A stretch of DNA of 64,000 nt from Octopus sinensis (lineage: Eukaryota). The stretch lies in NCBI RefSeq assembly GCF_006345805.1, contig NC_043008.1, positions 64,480,001 through 64,544,000 of the forward strand, given 5' to 3'. Positions 1-13,245 of the stretch are shown here, piece after piece. Under the pieces are notes generated by a model that saw nothing but the letters and a program-made list of their open reading frames with translations, was not told the DNA's origin and did not search any database. The stretch's first letter is position 1. Each line of letters starts with the position of its first letter. The position numbers were made by a program, and so were the translations under genes.

Positions 1-604
1 GTGTGTGAGCGTAAGGAGACAAAGTGAGAGCGAGAGAGAAAGAGAGAGAGAGAGAGAAACATTTTGTCGTTCATAAAAGGTAGTTATCTTACTAAAAATC
101 TACAGTAGGTATAGTTTAACCATTTAGTAGAAGCTGAACTAACAGCGTTCCATGTCATCTGTGTGACAGATAGACTCAAAACAAGGCTATGAATAATGGC
201 ATAATCATGAGATAAAACCATCATTTGATATCTTTGGAGACGCCAAATGATGGAATAGTTTCCCAATCATTTCTTGATGCACGTTAAGCTGTTGTTAAGA
301 GATGTAACATGCCTGTTGTATTGTGGAAGAAGACAAGATGTCGGAGACATTTAGTTTTAGTTATACTGGTATGAATTTCAACTAGATTTTCAACAAACTT
401 TGAGAAACTTTTCAATACCGACGCACGCATTTCGCTCTTCTTCGATTCTGTCCTCTCACCCACCCACCGCTTCCTTGCGACATCTCTTCTTGATCTTCTT
501 CACCCCCTTCTACATCTCATCCTAACCAGTGTCCTAATTACATCTGAAGCCTACTCGGACATTGTTGGTATCATTACTGTGTCCATAATAATAAGAAATA
601 TTTT

Positions 605-843
<239 letters not shown>

Positions 844-1510
844 ACAATATCACAAATGACCGCCAGCACAAGCATCAACATCCATATCTCTACTACCATT
901 TGTGTGAAGAATGAAGAGTAAATTTAATAACGGAAATAATTAAACTGAGAAAGTAGAGCTACAAAACTAAAACGGTGTAAGGTATTTTAGCCATTGCTTC
1001 ACTTGTTATGATAATGTACAGCAATCTAGACGCCATCATTATGATAATGATTTAAGACGATTTGGTTCAAAATATTCTAGAAATATACATAACACAAAGA
1101 CAATGCCGGTGAAATTGAACTTACATCGCAGGTCACCGTAAGTAATATTGCAATTAAATTTGTCCAAATGTAGATTGCCTCCAGGCTTCGTCACAATACA
1201 AACAAACAGTAGAAGAAAGTAGCAGTGGTGTGGATTTGTTTAAGGTGGATTTCAACTTGCCAAGAGGTGACTCACACAATTGGTTTCGCGACCCTCTTCT
1301 GCGGCACATAGAGAACGAGGCACGCAGTATTCAGTTATGAAACTGCAACGGACTGCCTCTAACCTGGTTATAGTTTTGAGTGGCACTTTAGGGAGAAAGT
1401 CTATCATGCGTATCCCCCTTCATACTTTGGTTTAGGTGTTGTGATCTGTTGAAGTCGTTATCTGCTTGTTCCACAGTTGGGGATTTTTGGAATAAGTTGT
1501 AACATAAATA

Positions 1511-1910
1511 TTAGGTTGTTGAGTATGAAATTTACAGTAAGGTACATGGTAAACTTTGAGAGCTACTCATTTTGCACCATTGCTATATTTTGATAATCTT
1601 TATTTTTTGTTAGAAAGCTGGCACATCTATTTCTTTATCCTAACTCATTTTGCTCTTTATAAAGTATTTATAAATCGATTTTGCTATTTTTGTTTAGAGA
1701 TGGATAAGCTGAAAATTCGTGCAGTTTTGAAATATGAGTTCTTTCTTGGAAATACAGCATCTCAGACAGTTAGTAAAAATTAATGGAGTATTTCATTCTA
1801 ATGTTATTACACAGCAGGCAGTATCAAATTGGTTTGCAAAATTTTATTCTGGCAACTTTGACCTCATAAATGAGCAACGCGGTCGACCAGAAACAAAGGT
1901 GGATAATGAC
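1511..1910 (+). mobile_element. Mariner 5' fragment (TIR plus transposase N-terminus, frameshifted)
   Basis: TA followed by TTAGGTTGTTGAGTATGAAAT TIR-like end at 1511. ATG at 1700 gives MDKLKIRAVLKYEFFLG, then after a frameshift AVSNWFAKFYSGNFDLINEQRGRPETKVDND, matching the mariner HTH and GRP motif. Confidence 0.85.
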
Positions 1911-3317
1911 GGTATTTCCTCTGATTTTCTGCACTCTGAATTCAAATCCTTCCAAGGTCACCTTTGTCTTTCACCTTTTCAGAATCAATAAAAAAAACAG
2001 TAACCAACCCAGGGCGGTGGTTGATGGAATTGTTAGAGCCTCGGGAACGATAGCAAGTCATATTTGTATTCTGAGTTCAAATTTCAACATTACATACTTA
2101 GTAGACTTAATGGTTGCCCAATTTGACAGTCACCTAGCAACTTGGGTACGTTTATCAGAGTTCACTCTGTTGTAGACATTCAGGATAGGATCTACAGCAA
2201 GTGAATACCTTCTCTCTTCCCTTCCACTAGTCATAGAGGTCCTTAAATAGCTCGTGAGCACTGACTTTTTTTATTAGGAGGGATAAAAAAGGGAGAACCC
2301 AATGCACCGTCCGGCAACAAGGAACGAACACACAGTCTCAGTCTTGTAATCCCACAAGGGAAAAAATATAATTTATATTCAGGGTTTGACAGATCTATTT
2401 CAGAAAGATTTGTATCAAGGTACAAGACATCACATTTATGAAAGCAATATAGTGGCTTATATGGCCATACCCCCACATCAACCCTGAGTGTTTGTCCCCG
2501 AAAGCTGAAAAGAAAAGGTAATCTTTGCAGTACTCGAAAGATACAGCTAAATTCCCTATACCGTTTTGTCTATTTTGTTGGTTCTGTCATCCCACTACAC
2601 TGTTTCAAGCAGTATTTTCATATGAAGTCATGTATATCCCCGACAGCAAGGTGAATTAAGTGTAATGCCTAAATACGGCTGATCATTTCTGGAGAGATTT
2701 TAAACAAGGAAATATGACCGGTTGTCGTCCAAAACCGTTACATGAAATGACTTTTGTCTTTTCGCTTTCACATCTGATTTTGTCGAAAATAAATTGTTGA
2801 CTTCGATGAAGTAAAATATATTTTGTTGTCTGTCAACGAAATTCTATGATATTATAAACAATAACTCTTTTTTGGCTTTGTCGTATTTCTAAAGCAAAAA
2901 AATAAATAAGCTGTAATAACATTTTCCTTAACTACAATTAGGAGGACTGGTAAGGTATAAAAGGATTATTACTCGGAAGTGTTTTTAAAGTAAAAGTACA
3001 AAGAAGATAATGACATTTGAAGGGTCATGACAGATATAAGGTAGATGAAACAAATATAGATATCAAATGAAGAATTTTTTTTATGAATGCTTGGATATTG
3101 AAATGAAGAGAGAAATCAATATTTTACGGCAAAGTGTTTACTGTTTCAGAAACAAGCGAATCGGCAGAGTTACAAAAGCGTTAGATAGACTTTTCTGTTA
3201 GTTGTTCCAGCTCTCAGCGTACGAATTTTGCCGACGTTAAACTTTTCCTTCTGAGTCTTTTGTAGTCGATAAATGAAACAGCAGGCAAAAGGCAAATAAT
3301 AGAATCAGTCAGTCAGT

Positions 3318-3402
<85 letters not shown>

Positions 3403-4964
3403 CTTCCTCTATCTCGTTCTCTCTTTCTCTCCTTCTAGCTCTCTCTCATTCTTTCTCTATATCCTTCTGTCTCTCAGTCCCTCAGAATTGGCTAAAGGCC
3501 ACTAGCGATTGTTATAAAATACTTTTAATAATGGAAGGCAAGGTTTATGATATCGGAGGAATATCATCTCCTTCCATCATTCTTCTTGTTTTTTATGTAG
3601 TTCAGGCTTTCGGCAGGCGAAGAGGAAAGACTTCAAGTACAACTGCTATATACAACTGTTTTTTTTACAGGAAAGGTGAAGTGTGTTGCTCTCAGCTACC
3701 ATCGTAAGCTCTGATAGTGTGGGTGCATTGCCTCTGGAGATAGACAGGCAGAAAACCACAGCTAGTGGCGTTGTTCAGCCAGTGTTGCTATGCTGTGGTG
3801 CTGAAGAAGAGAAGAGGCTGGTCTGATTCGGTTTCCCGTTTATATAGTTTTCTCCATCGCGAACCTCGCTGTGATCTCGCGCATGGCAAATGGATGCAGG
3901 TGAGGTCTTACTCAAGTCTCGGAGATGGCAATGGCTGCCGCGAGATCTCATCCTATATGGCACTGGCTGCTTGTGCCGCTACATACTTAATGGAAGTTAC
4001 GAGGTGGGAGCACTAAGCAGTGATGGTATAAATGCAATGTTATTACTGGTTCGAAAATGCCAATGTCACGTTTCGACTAGTAAACAAGCCGTTCACTGAA
4101 TTTTGTCATGGAGAAAAGTTCTCGCTGTAGACAAATGGTGTAAGTACACCTAAATCAGCTCGCAGCGCCGCCTATCCATACTGTGAGATGCAAGCATTTC
4201 AGAGTGGTTATCTCCTTTTTCGTCATAGAAACGAAACAGTGGTGCTGCGATCTGATTAGAAAGATAATCCCTCTTATGTTATTCCAGCCATCGTACGTCA
4301 GCTGGTAGCGCTAATCGTCGGCTAACCATAAATTAATTATTTAAAAGAAGGTATAGGGAAGCTATCATTAAACTCTCCCAGGAAAATTCCCAAACATACA
4401 CACGCGTTCTTATCAAACATTTCACCAAGCGGCGTTCGTCGTCGATCTGATAACTCAAGAAAGATTTCAAGTAGTCACATGTGAAATTCCGAGACATTTT
4501 GAAGTTGACCTCGTTTTTCACCTCTCCAACTGTTCTAGAAAGGTAATGTTTGGGAAACGGTGGTGGCAGTACAATCTAACCGTCCTTCCTAATAGATAGG
4601 GAAATAGTATAGCACAAGTCAATGCCATGTGGAACTGGTACGGCTGTGTTACTTACAAGCTTACTTACAAGTTCGGGGATTGATGGATAAATTGCTTGAG
4701 TTCCTTTAGGTTATATGACAAGAAATCCTGCTGTAAGAAGTAAGAAAGAAATGAAAGATGAGAAAAGGTAAGGGTTGTGTGGATCAGAGATGTGAGTAAA
4801 GGGATTAAGTTGTTTGTTTGAGATGACAAACATCTGGAGTTCTCTGCTACCTTACGGATAGGAGGAAAATGAGAAAAAGAGAGATTGACAGACAGAGAGA
4901 AAGTGGGGAGAGAAAATCGAATAGTAGAATGCTTTGAAACTTTAAAGACGGAGTATTAAGAGTA

Positions 4965-5001
<37 letters not shown>

Positions 5002-5729
5002 AAGAGAGATAGAGGGAGAAAGAGAAAGGATTCTAGATAAATGCGGGACAAGAGAACGACTGTTCACTAATGGCTGGACAGACAGTGGATAATCTAACAC
5101 CAGTGACTGGAAGAGTATTTTGATTAGTAGAGACAGCAAGTCAAGGCAAGGGAATCGGTAGAACAGACTTTTGAACAGAGTTCATAGATGTCTTTTTTAA
5201 TGATTACCAGGTAAAATAACTTACAGGAGAGACTGTAGTGTATGTAAGCGTAGGAACCTTTTGCAAAGAAATTGAGATATGAATCATAAAATTCAGACAT
5301 AAGAGAATATTTAAATAAAATATAAATGAATTTTGTGCTTTAGTGTCCATATGTTATTATACTATACCACACCCAATAGGAATCTTCTTTTAGATATTTT
5401 CGTGGACTGGTTCCCCTATGTTCAATTTTTAAGAGAGGTTCGGATTTATACAATGAATTATACCGGACCTAGGTGCATTATCAGTCATGTCTCTGCTCAC
5501 TAGAAACACAAAGTGCTATTGGTATTCTTATTTCGACAAAGATAATTTTGAAAATAATTTTTAAAGTTACTAATGTAGTGAGTTTGAATATTTCATTTCA
5601 GATATTTCATTTTCATTTTAAGAGGGTGCTTAACAACCATCCGGTACCCTCATAGCACCCTCTTAAAATTTGCCGTTTCCTTTTCGGATTTGAACGCTCC
5701 AAGAGAATACTATCTCTCAATGTAAGAAT

Positions 5730-5886
5730 CATTGTTTTTCCCCACCATTTGTTTTACTTATGGACATTGTACAAAAATAATTAAAATATTTTTGTCTATT
5801 GCATATAACAATATATTGCAGATAAATTTCAACAAAATCTTTTATGGAACCCCAGAGGCCATATGAACCCCGGTTGAAAACACCTG
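5730..5886. mobile_element. Possible short non-autonomous DNA transposon (hAT-like end)
   Basis: Right end ATGAACCCCGGTTGAAAACACCTG resembles hAT-type MITE termini. The left end is poorly defined. Confidence 0.3.
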
Positions 5887-6699
5887 GTTTAAAGCATGTA
5901 TATAAATCTGTAAAATTATCAAAGTTGCAAGACCAGTAGTGTAAATAAATATTTATAGATTTAAACTTTCTAAAAACGAATGCAATTTTATGCAGTATAT
6001 AAAGGAAAAATTAAATTCCAATAACAAACAACAAGAATATAAATAATTTGAAAAAATATTGATTAAGCAAAACACGTAGTTAGACTTTACAAATAAGAAC
6101 TTGAAATTTGTTGTATCTTGTATGATTGGAATAAATTTTTGAAGTAATTGTACATGAAAATCTCACAGGAATCAAACACGATTTACTATAGTAAGAACGA
6201 CAAAGTGTAAAACCATTGCAATTATACATATCATTCTAATTGAATTTTGATACTGATCTTACCAAAGGGCAATTTCTATGAAACATCGTAAATATTAGCA
6301 GAAACCCGATGATGTGCGTAGAAATGCTTTAAGAGAAATTTCTATAACTTTAATATTCAAATTGAAATTATTAAGAGAATTTACTTAATTAAAAGAAAAT
6401 TAGCCCTGAAACAATCTTCTAAGTGATTAATAAAAAAAAAAATCAACCCTGTTGATATGAAGAAAAGATTAAATTTAAATATTGACGAATTTGTGAAAAC
6501 AAATAAACAGATTGTTTTGTGAATACACCCCGAAGAAATAAAATATTGAAACGGTTCTCTAAGCCAAGCAAGCAGTATTGGTTTTTACTTTTTGATGGTT
6601 TCAAATTCTATAAAACTTTATAATTACAATGAGTGTCCATATTTTATAATTGATATACTTTCAAATTTCAAAATTTTACCACTAATAATCTGATGGTGA

Positions 6700-6741
6700 T
6701 GATGAAGATCATCATCATTATTATTGTTGTTATTGTTTTTG

Positions 6742-6821
<80 letters not shown>

Positions 6822-6916
6822 CAGCAACTATAAGGAAACAATAAAATAATCATTTTTCAACAACCTTATCATCGTAATTATCATTTTCATGATAATTATC
6901 TTTGCAATCATAATCG

Positions 6917-6972
<56 letters not shown>

Positions 6973-7198
6973 TTCTTCTTCTTCGTCTTCTTCTTCTTCT
7001 TCTTCTTCTTCTTCTTCTTCTTCTTCTTCTTCTTCTTCTTCTCCTTCTTCTACATTATCGTCTCATATTTTATCATACTTATTATCAGCAGTGTCAGCAT
7101 CAACATAATCACTAATTTCTCCTTTTAATCTTTTTGGTTTTTATTCCAACAACAACAACAGCAACAACAACAACAACAATAATAATAATAATTATAAT

Positions 7199-7262
<64 letters not shown>
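6700..7262. repeat. Trinucleotide microsatellite cluster (ATT)n, (CAT)n, (CTT)n, (CAA)n, (AAT)n
   Basis: Read directly. It explains the poly-N, poly-I and poly-F ORFs at 6624-7406. Confidence 0.95.
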
Positions 7263-7263
<1 letters not shown>

Positions 7264-7269
7264 AAAATA

Positions 7270-8860
7270 GAGAACTATACTATTATGAGACTAAAATAAG
7301 CTCGGTGAAGTCAACAAAAGTAGGGGAATATTCCAAGGTGATACACTCTCACCACTGCTATTTGTGGTTGCCTTTATCCTCTGACATTGATCCCAAGAAA
7401 AGTTAAACCGTGCTGCAAATTTAGCAGTGGCGAGAAAAGCGAAGGAAAATATCCAAGTCTGAAAGAATTAAACTCTTAAATAAGAGAAGGATCCGAGCAA
7501 TGAATGAGAGTGATCCTTGAAGTATCCAGGTATATTGGAGACAGATAGAATCTTCTGGGAAAAGCATCTCTGCAGCAGACACATGGGCGGTGTCTCTAAT
7601 AAGATAGTCCGCTACTTTTCTGAACTGGACTAAGGAAGAACAAAGCGGCATAAAGTTTAAGACCAGAAAGAGAATGTGCATGTAAAGGTTGTTGCATTCC
7701 AGAGAGAATGTTGATCGATTATACAGACCGCGGACGGAGTGGTGAGAGGTCTGATATCAGTAGGAGACTGTGTAGAGATGGCAAAATGAGACATACAAGG
7801 GTATGGGAGAAGCAGCCCTGAAAGTCTGATTTCAGCTGCTAGAAGAGAGGAGAAAGAAGCTGCGGAGACAGCAACAGAATACAAGGCGGCGAGCTCGTCT
7901 GCCGTTATGTTCTGAGTTCAAATTCCGCCGGGGTCGACTTTGCCTTACATCCTTTCGGGGTCGATAAATTAAGTACCAGTTACGCACTAGGGTCGATGTA
8001 ATCGACTTAATTCCTTTGTCTGTCCTTGTTTATCCTCCCTATGTTTAGCCCATTGTGGGCAATAAAGAAATAAGAATACAAGAAAAGAAGAAAGCAGGAG
8101 CGAGAAAAAAACATCTGGAACAAAGGCAGCAGAGGAGTCTTGGTTTTGGCTGAATGATAGAAACCTTAAGAAGCATACGGACTCATAATGACTGATAAAA
8201 GCCAGCCGTTGCAGAGGAATATTATTAAGGTCAAAATTGACAAATCTGCGACAAGTGCAATGTTCAGAGTATGTAATAGAAAAGAGGAATCCGTAATACA
8301 CACAATTTCTGTAATCATTTGGCATCGAAAGAACATAGATGCAGATAGAAGTGTATTGCCTTAGCAATACACTGGGACATATTACGACAAAGAGGATTTG
8401 AAGTAAGAGGAAAACGGCAGGAACATCAAACCAGAAAGTGTAATACAGAACGACCAATACAACGTTTTATGGGATTTTAATGTACAGACTAATCGTGACA
8501 TTCATGCAATGTGACTAGATATTACGGTTCTTGATAAGGAGAAGAAAGAGTGGAACATAATAGATGTGGTTGTATCTGTGGACATGAATGAAGCAGACAA
8601 AGAACAGGAAAAAATTGGAAAATACCAGTATTTGGTTTGGGAAATGTGACGACTGCGGAGGACTTCTACAAAAGTAATCCCAGTTGTTAAAGATATCGCC
8701 AACAACAGATTTAACAGTTCCCTTATTGGGTTTGTTGTAACTATAAGAGTAACACTGATTCAGAAATCTGCTCTATTGGGAACAACAAGGATTCTAAGAA
8801 AAGTCTTCGATATCTAAGGAAACAGGTTGTGACCCGGCATTGGTGGACACATTGAATAAT
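7270..8860 (+). mobile_element. R4/Dong-clade non-LTR retrotransposon, degenerate 3' portion (RT, CCHC knuckle, REL endonuclease)
   Basis: Manual translation across stops and frameshifts: RGIFQGDTLSP (RT, ~7320), TWAVSLIR and NVDRLYRP..RGLISV, a zinc-knuckle region (~8260), WDFNVQT..IIDVVVSVD..EKIGKYQ and IQKSALLGTTRILRKVFDI* (REL, ends ~8818). Ends in a short AAT tail. Confidence 0.85.
7885..8072 (+). mobile_element. tRNA-derived SINE family A (GGCGGCGAGCTGG head), internally deleted, inserted in the R4 LINE
   Basis: B-box-like GAGTTCAAATTCC. TSD AGAATACAAG at 7876-7885 and 8073-8082. Confidence 0.9.
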
Positions 8861-8867
8861 AATAGTG

Positions 8868-10060
8868 TTTTCTTTATTCACCCTTAAGGGTTCACAAAAA
8901 CGGGGGAGAGAGAGCAGGTCAATACAATGTGGGGCTACATAAAAGAAAGCGTGTAAACAGTAAAAACAGTAACAAAATAAAAATTTTTTAATTACCCAAA
9001 ATAGGGAAACTTTGTAGGGATACTGTTAGAGCCACCCCACCCCCGAAATCACAGACATCCTGATCACTACGGCAAGTGCCCTCTCCACATCGTCCTTTGG
9101 GTAGGCCCAATCACTTGGACCATTCTTGCAACACGCATTCACCTTTTAACAAGATTACTAGAAGGCAGTACTTCCCTCTCTACCCTCACTCTCTATTTCA
9201 AGTGAAACTTCAAAAGTTGTTGAGAGCTTGACAAAAGAGGAAAGTATTTGCCTTCAGCCATTTCAATCTCGTCCACGACACAGCTTCTTTCGCTAAGACC
9301 ACCAGGCAAAGAAACACTACCTACCCTTAAGGGTCAAAGGAAGGTGGCGGGACGATTTTCACAAATGGTAGTCAATAGCTGAGTCCCCCTCCAAGTGACA
9401 GCAGTTGTTCACATAAAGTCACAAGTCAGCAATACTCAGGTACTGGACAAGAACTTTCATAACAGTTTCGTCGGTCTACTCGCTTTTCAGGTAGGCCTAG
9501 CTGACGGCATTTCCATGCCTGTAGAGTTTATCCCGAAATGGCATTTTCCTCTTCAAGCCCAGGGACTTTTGAAAATTATTCATGGGCGCCTTGTGGAAAG
9601 CCCTCCGAAACAGACCAACCAGTTGATTCCATCGACACTCAGAGGCTCCAGTGGAACGCCGTCACACTTGCTTGTCACTAACACTTTATAGAACGTTAGA
9701 GTGGAACTTCCATCGATTGCATTGCCCATCTAACAGAGGATTGTGAGCACTTGACCAGTGATGTAGGTGCCAGGGGCCCTGCCTCAGTCTACGCTTGATC
9801 AAAACTGCAACTCAATCAAATAGATGAGCTGTGGAGGAGGAATCTGACAAACAGCAACCACACATGCTTATTGTTAAGGAAGCGCTGAAAATAGTGTAGC
9901 CTCAGCATATGTCTGCGCATCATCAGCCACAGCATGCCCAGTCCTCCATCTAGTAGACGTTGACAGTAAATGGAGCGTCTGATGAGTGAAATGCGTCCTT
10001 CCACAGAAAGCAGAAGACTATGTGCTCCAACTTGGTCAGACGTAAGCTGAGGAAAGCCAC
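8868..10060 (-). mobile_element. Tx1/L1-clade LINE, 3' portion, degenerate
   Basis: Minus-strand translation EGRISLIRRSIYCQRLLDGGLGMLWLMMRRHMLRL resembles the post-RT GGLG motif of L1/Tx1 ORF2, followed by a degenerate C-terminal region. 3' end AACCCTTAAGGGTGAATAAAGAAA. Confidence 0.65.
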
Positions 10061-10119
10061 AACACCCAGGCAGTAATATATAACACAGTAATACTAATAA
10101 TAATAGTAATAATAATAAT

Positions 10120-10685
10120 GGTATCTAATCTTAATTGATTGGAAGTGTTATCACGTACATTGTTTTGTCTTGGTATAAAAGATGGGCTACAGCAAATATT
10201 CTGCTCAATACCACAGATTTGCTTGTCCGTTGTTTGACCTTAAACCAGTTGAGCATGTCCCTTAGTGGCTAACGATATATGCATCTCTGATCACGAGTAG
10301 AAGTTAGTGGGGAAGCATCATAGGCATGTGTTGAGAGGAATTCTTTGGGGTTTGAATAATTCACTTCGGAAACGTGTTTGTTTCATTCAACATCCTTAAA
10401 CACTCTTATTCAGGGACCGTTTGAGCGGGATGGGCTACTCGACCTAAAGAAAATTCTTGCTGGGCCCCACCTACAAGGTCATGCGCTGTTTGTTTTGATA
10501 TATATTTCTTTACTACCCACAAGGGGCTAAACACAGGACAACACCATGTCACGTACATATGGTTATGATGCATGTATCTGGCATATCCTTATCAGACAGG
10601 TTGTCATGATGGGTATACTGGACTCTGTATATTTTACCACAGTGTCACTTTTATGTCATGCGCTGCTCTCTCATTCAATAATTAA
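10120..10685 (+). mobile_element. Non-coding interspersed repeat flanked by (AAT)n; probable retroposon or LINE 3' UTR
   Basis: No coherent ORF and (AAT)n runs on both sides. Carries a short reversed family A SINE 3' end at ~10503-10541. Confidence 0.5.
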
Positions 10686-10719
10686 TAATAATAATAATAA
10701 TCATAATAATAATAATAAT

Positions 10720-11350
10720 AAACACAATCCACCTCCTGTGCTTGAAAATGACCACATCTCACTCCTCTGGAACTTCACCATTCAAACTGACAGGAAGATA
10801 GATGCAAATAGGCCAGACATTATATTGAAAGACTTCAGACAAAGAACATGCCTCCTCATTGATATGACTGTCCCAATCGATATAAACGTATCTGTCAGGA
10901 CCTACCAAAAACTGAGCAAATATAAAGATCTTGAAATAGAAATCAGCAAAATGTGGAAGCTGAAGACTAAAACAATACTTGTTGTCATAGGTGCCCTGGG
11001 AATGATAGAGAAAGGGACTGATTGCTACCTAACTCAGATACCAGGAAACCCCAAAATGGCAGAAATTCAAAAGATAGTGCTCATGGGAACTGCTCATATC
11101 CTACGCAAAATACTTTCTATGTAATCTCAAGATTTAAAACAAACTTGTTTATTTATTTATTTATTATTAATTTTTTTTTATGTATTAGACATTCACTAGT
11201 ACAACACCAAAAAAAAAAAAAACCCAAATATATGGCACAGAAGTTCTAACCTGTTGTCTCTTGAGGTCTCTGGGTGAGACTTGGAGCCAACTTGTACAGA
11301 CATAAAGCAAAAGTCAAACATAGAATAATAATAATAATAATAATAATAAC
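10720..11350 (+). mobile_element. R4-clade LINE 3' end with uninterrupted REL endonuclease reading frame
   Basis: ORF 10546-11124 C-terminal part: LLWNFTIQTDRKIDANRPDIIL..LLIDMTVP..KLSKYKDLEIEI..IQKIVLMGTAHILRKILSM* (PD..D..K motif). Followed by a 3' UTR and an (AAT)n tail. Confidence 0.9.
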
Positions 11351-11427
11351 AACAAAAACAACAATAACAACAACAACAACAACAACAACAATAATAATAA
11401 TAATAATAATAATTATAATAATAATAA

Positions 11428-11638
11428 TGGTTTCGAATTTTGCCACAAGTGCAGAAATGTTGGGTGAGAGGATGAGTTGTTGGCATCGAATCTCCCTCCC
11501 CCGCCCCCACTGTTTAACTGAAGCTTATTTTATCGATCACATAAGGATGAAAGGCAAAGTCAACTTCTGCGGACTTAGAACAAAAATGCCACTAAGCGTT
11601 TTGCCGAGAGTGCTAATGATTCTGCCAGCTCGTTGCCT
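11428..11638 (-). mobile_element. SINE family A, degenerate
   Basis: Reverse complement starts GGCAACGAGCTGGCAGAATCATTAGCAC and has the family core. Confidence 0.8.
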
Positions 11639-12418
11639 AATTGTAATAATATAGTAGAAGAGAAACATTATAGAAATGCCAACCCCTCCCCGCCAAACAA
11701 ATCAAACTTCTACAACAAAGGAATACATATACGTGTGTATGTGTGTCTGTTGCACGCAAATATAGCTCTGTTCTCTCTAAAGACAACGCTGTAAACACCA
11801 GTGGAAAACACGAAGTTGCACCTAATGGTGCGATAGAAACTCGCGTGAGTCTGCTAAAAAACAATGGCAATGATAACCACCAACTCTCTTCATCATCAAC
11901 ATCATTAACAGATTAATCATCAATTAATTATCAGAACTGAAACCATTTCCGAAGAATAGGACATATTTTTCAGTAAACAACTCAATAACAACTTTGGGAG
12001 AAAATTATATTAATTTTTTTCTTTTTTTTTTTTTTTACCGAACAGTCAGTAAATTTTGGGTATTCTTTACAATTCTAACTAAACATCATATTCGGCGGCT
12101 GTAAAGGAGTGGCTCTGGCATTAATTGAGTGCTAATACAACGTTGTTATGCAAAACAATTATTTTGTAATTTGTGTGTAATTACGTTATATGGAGAGAGC
12201 TTCGTGTTGTTTGCAAGTAGAAAGGTGAGAGAGAAAGAAGATGAGAGAGAGAGAGAGAGAGAGAGAATGAGAGAACAACGGTATTGTGATGTTATAACAA
12301 CAGGAAGGTTGTCTTAGAATAAAAAAAGTTCTCAAGTACATTGAAAGCATCATAAAACTATTGAAGTGAGTGTGGTGCCAGAATCGTTAAAATGCGTTGC
12401 TGTATATATAAATGCGTT

Positions 12419-12816
12419 ACTATATATATAAAGCTGAAGTTGTCTGTGTGTGGCAGTTTTGGTAGCCTCCAACTAACACTATCTCCTCCAAGACACTGTG
12501 GCGCAAGTTGACCAAAATTGAGAGTATGATAGAAAGAAGGCTTGCTCTTCATTCTGTAGGAGATAAAATTCAAATCGAACCATGTTTAGACCAAAAATTA
12601 TTTGCATCAAAAAGGTCCTTTTTTTTCTATGAAAATTCCTATATTTTACGATTTTTTTACTGCTGTGTCGCCATTTTTCGGTGTAGTTCAACCAGAAAAA
12701 TGTTCGCTTAAAGAGAATAGCAAGCTACATAATGCAAAATTTTTACTTTTCAAAAATTCCAATTTTAAATGGTCGAAAAGAAAATAAATCCGAGCAACGC
12801 CGGGTAATACTGCTAG
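12419..12816 (+). mobile_element. Non-autonomous Helitron
   Basis: 5' TATATATATAAAGCTGAAGTTGTCTGTGTG. 3' hairpin CCGAGCAACGCCGG, then CTAG at 12813-12816 followed by T. Confidence 0.85.
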
Positions 12817-12950
12817 TTAATATTAAAGTTCTGATTTTAAATTAGCTTTGCCATTACTTATTCAGCCTCCTAAATCTAAACTACATTTGAACTAACAAGG
12901 ACAACATGGCTGAATGACTCATAAAAAGAAATTGAACAGCTTGCGTTGAT

Positions 12951-13053
12951 GAGATGGAGAAATTGCATTGAGATTGAACAATTTGTGTAGAGAGATGAAG
13001 AAATTGCATTGAAATTGAACTGTTTGTGACGACGAATGGAGAAATTGCATTGC
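12951..13053. repeat. Short imperfect tandem repeat (~41 bp, about 2.5 copies)
   Basis: Recurrent GAGAAATTGCATTGA motif. Confidence 0.6.
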
Positions 13054-13245
13054 AATATTTAGTTCGTACTTTTGCAAACTCTGATAAAATACCTGTGAAA
13101 TCTATTTTACCTTTCATCCATCACGAATGACTATATTACGTATCAGCTGGGTAATAGAATTAATCTGGCCAGTTGTTACCTGCTCACTTAAATTTAAGGT
13201 CTTAAGTCAAGTTTTAGAAATTATTATTATTAGATCTACTAGTGA

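Noticed and set aside
3660-3710. Possible 33-nt microexon (TTTTTTTACAG..GTAAG)
   Set aside because: Splice-like signals only. There is no recognisable peptide or partner exon.
6624-7406. Poly-N, poly-I, poly-F and poly-T ORFs
   Set aside because: They are translations of trinucleotide microsatellites.
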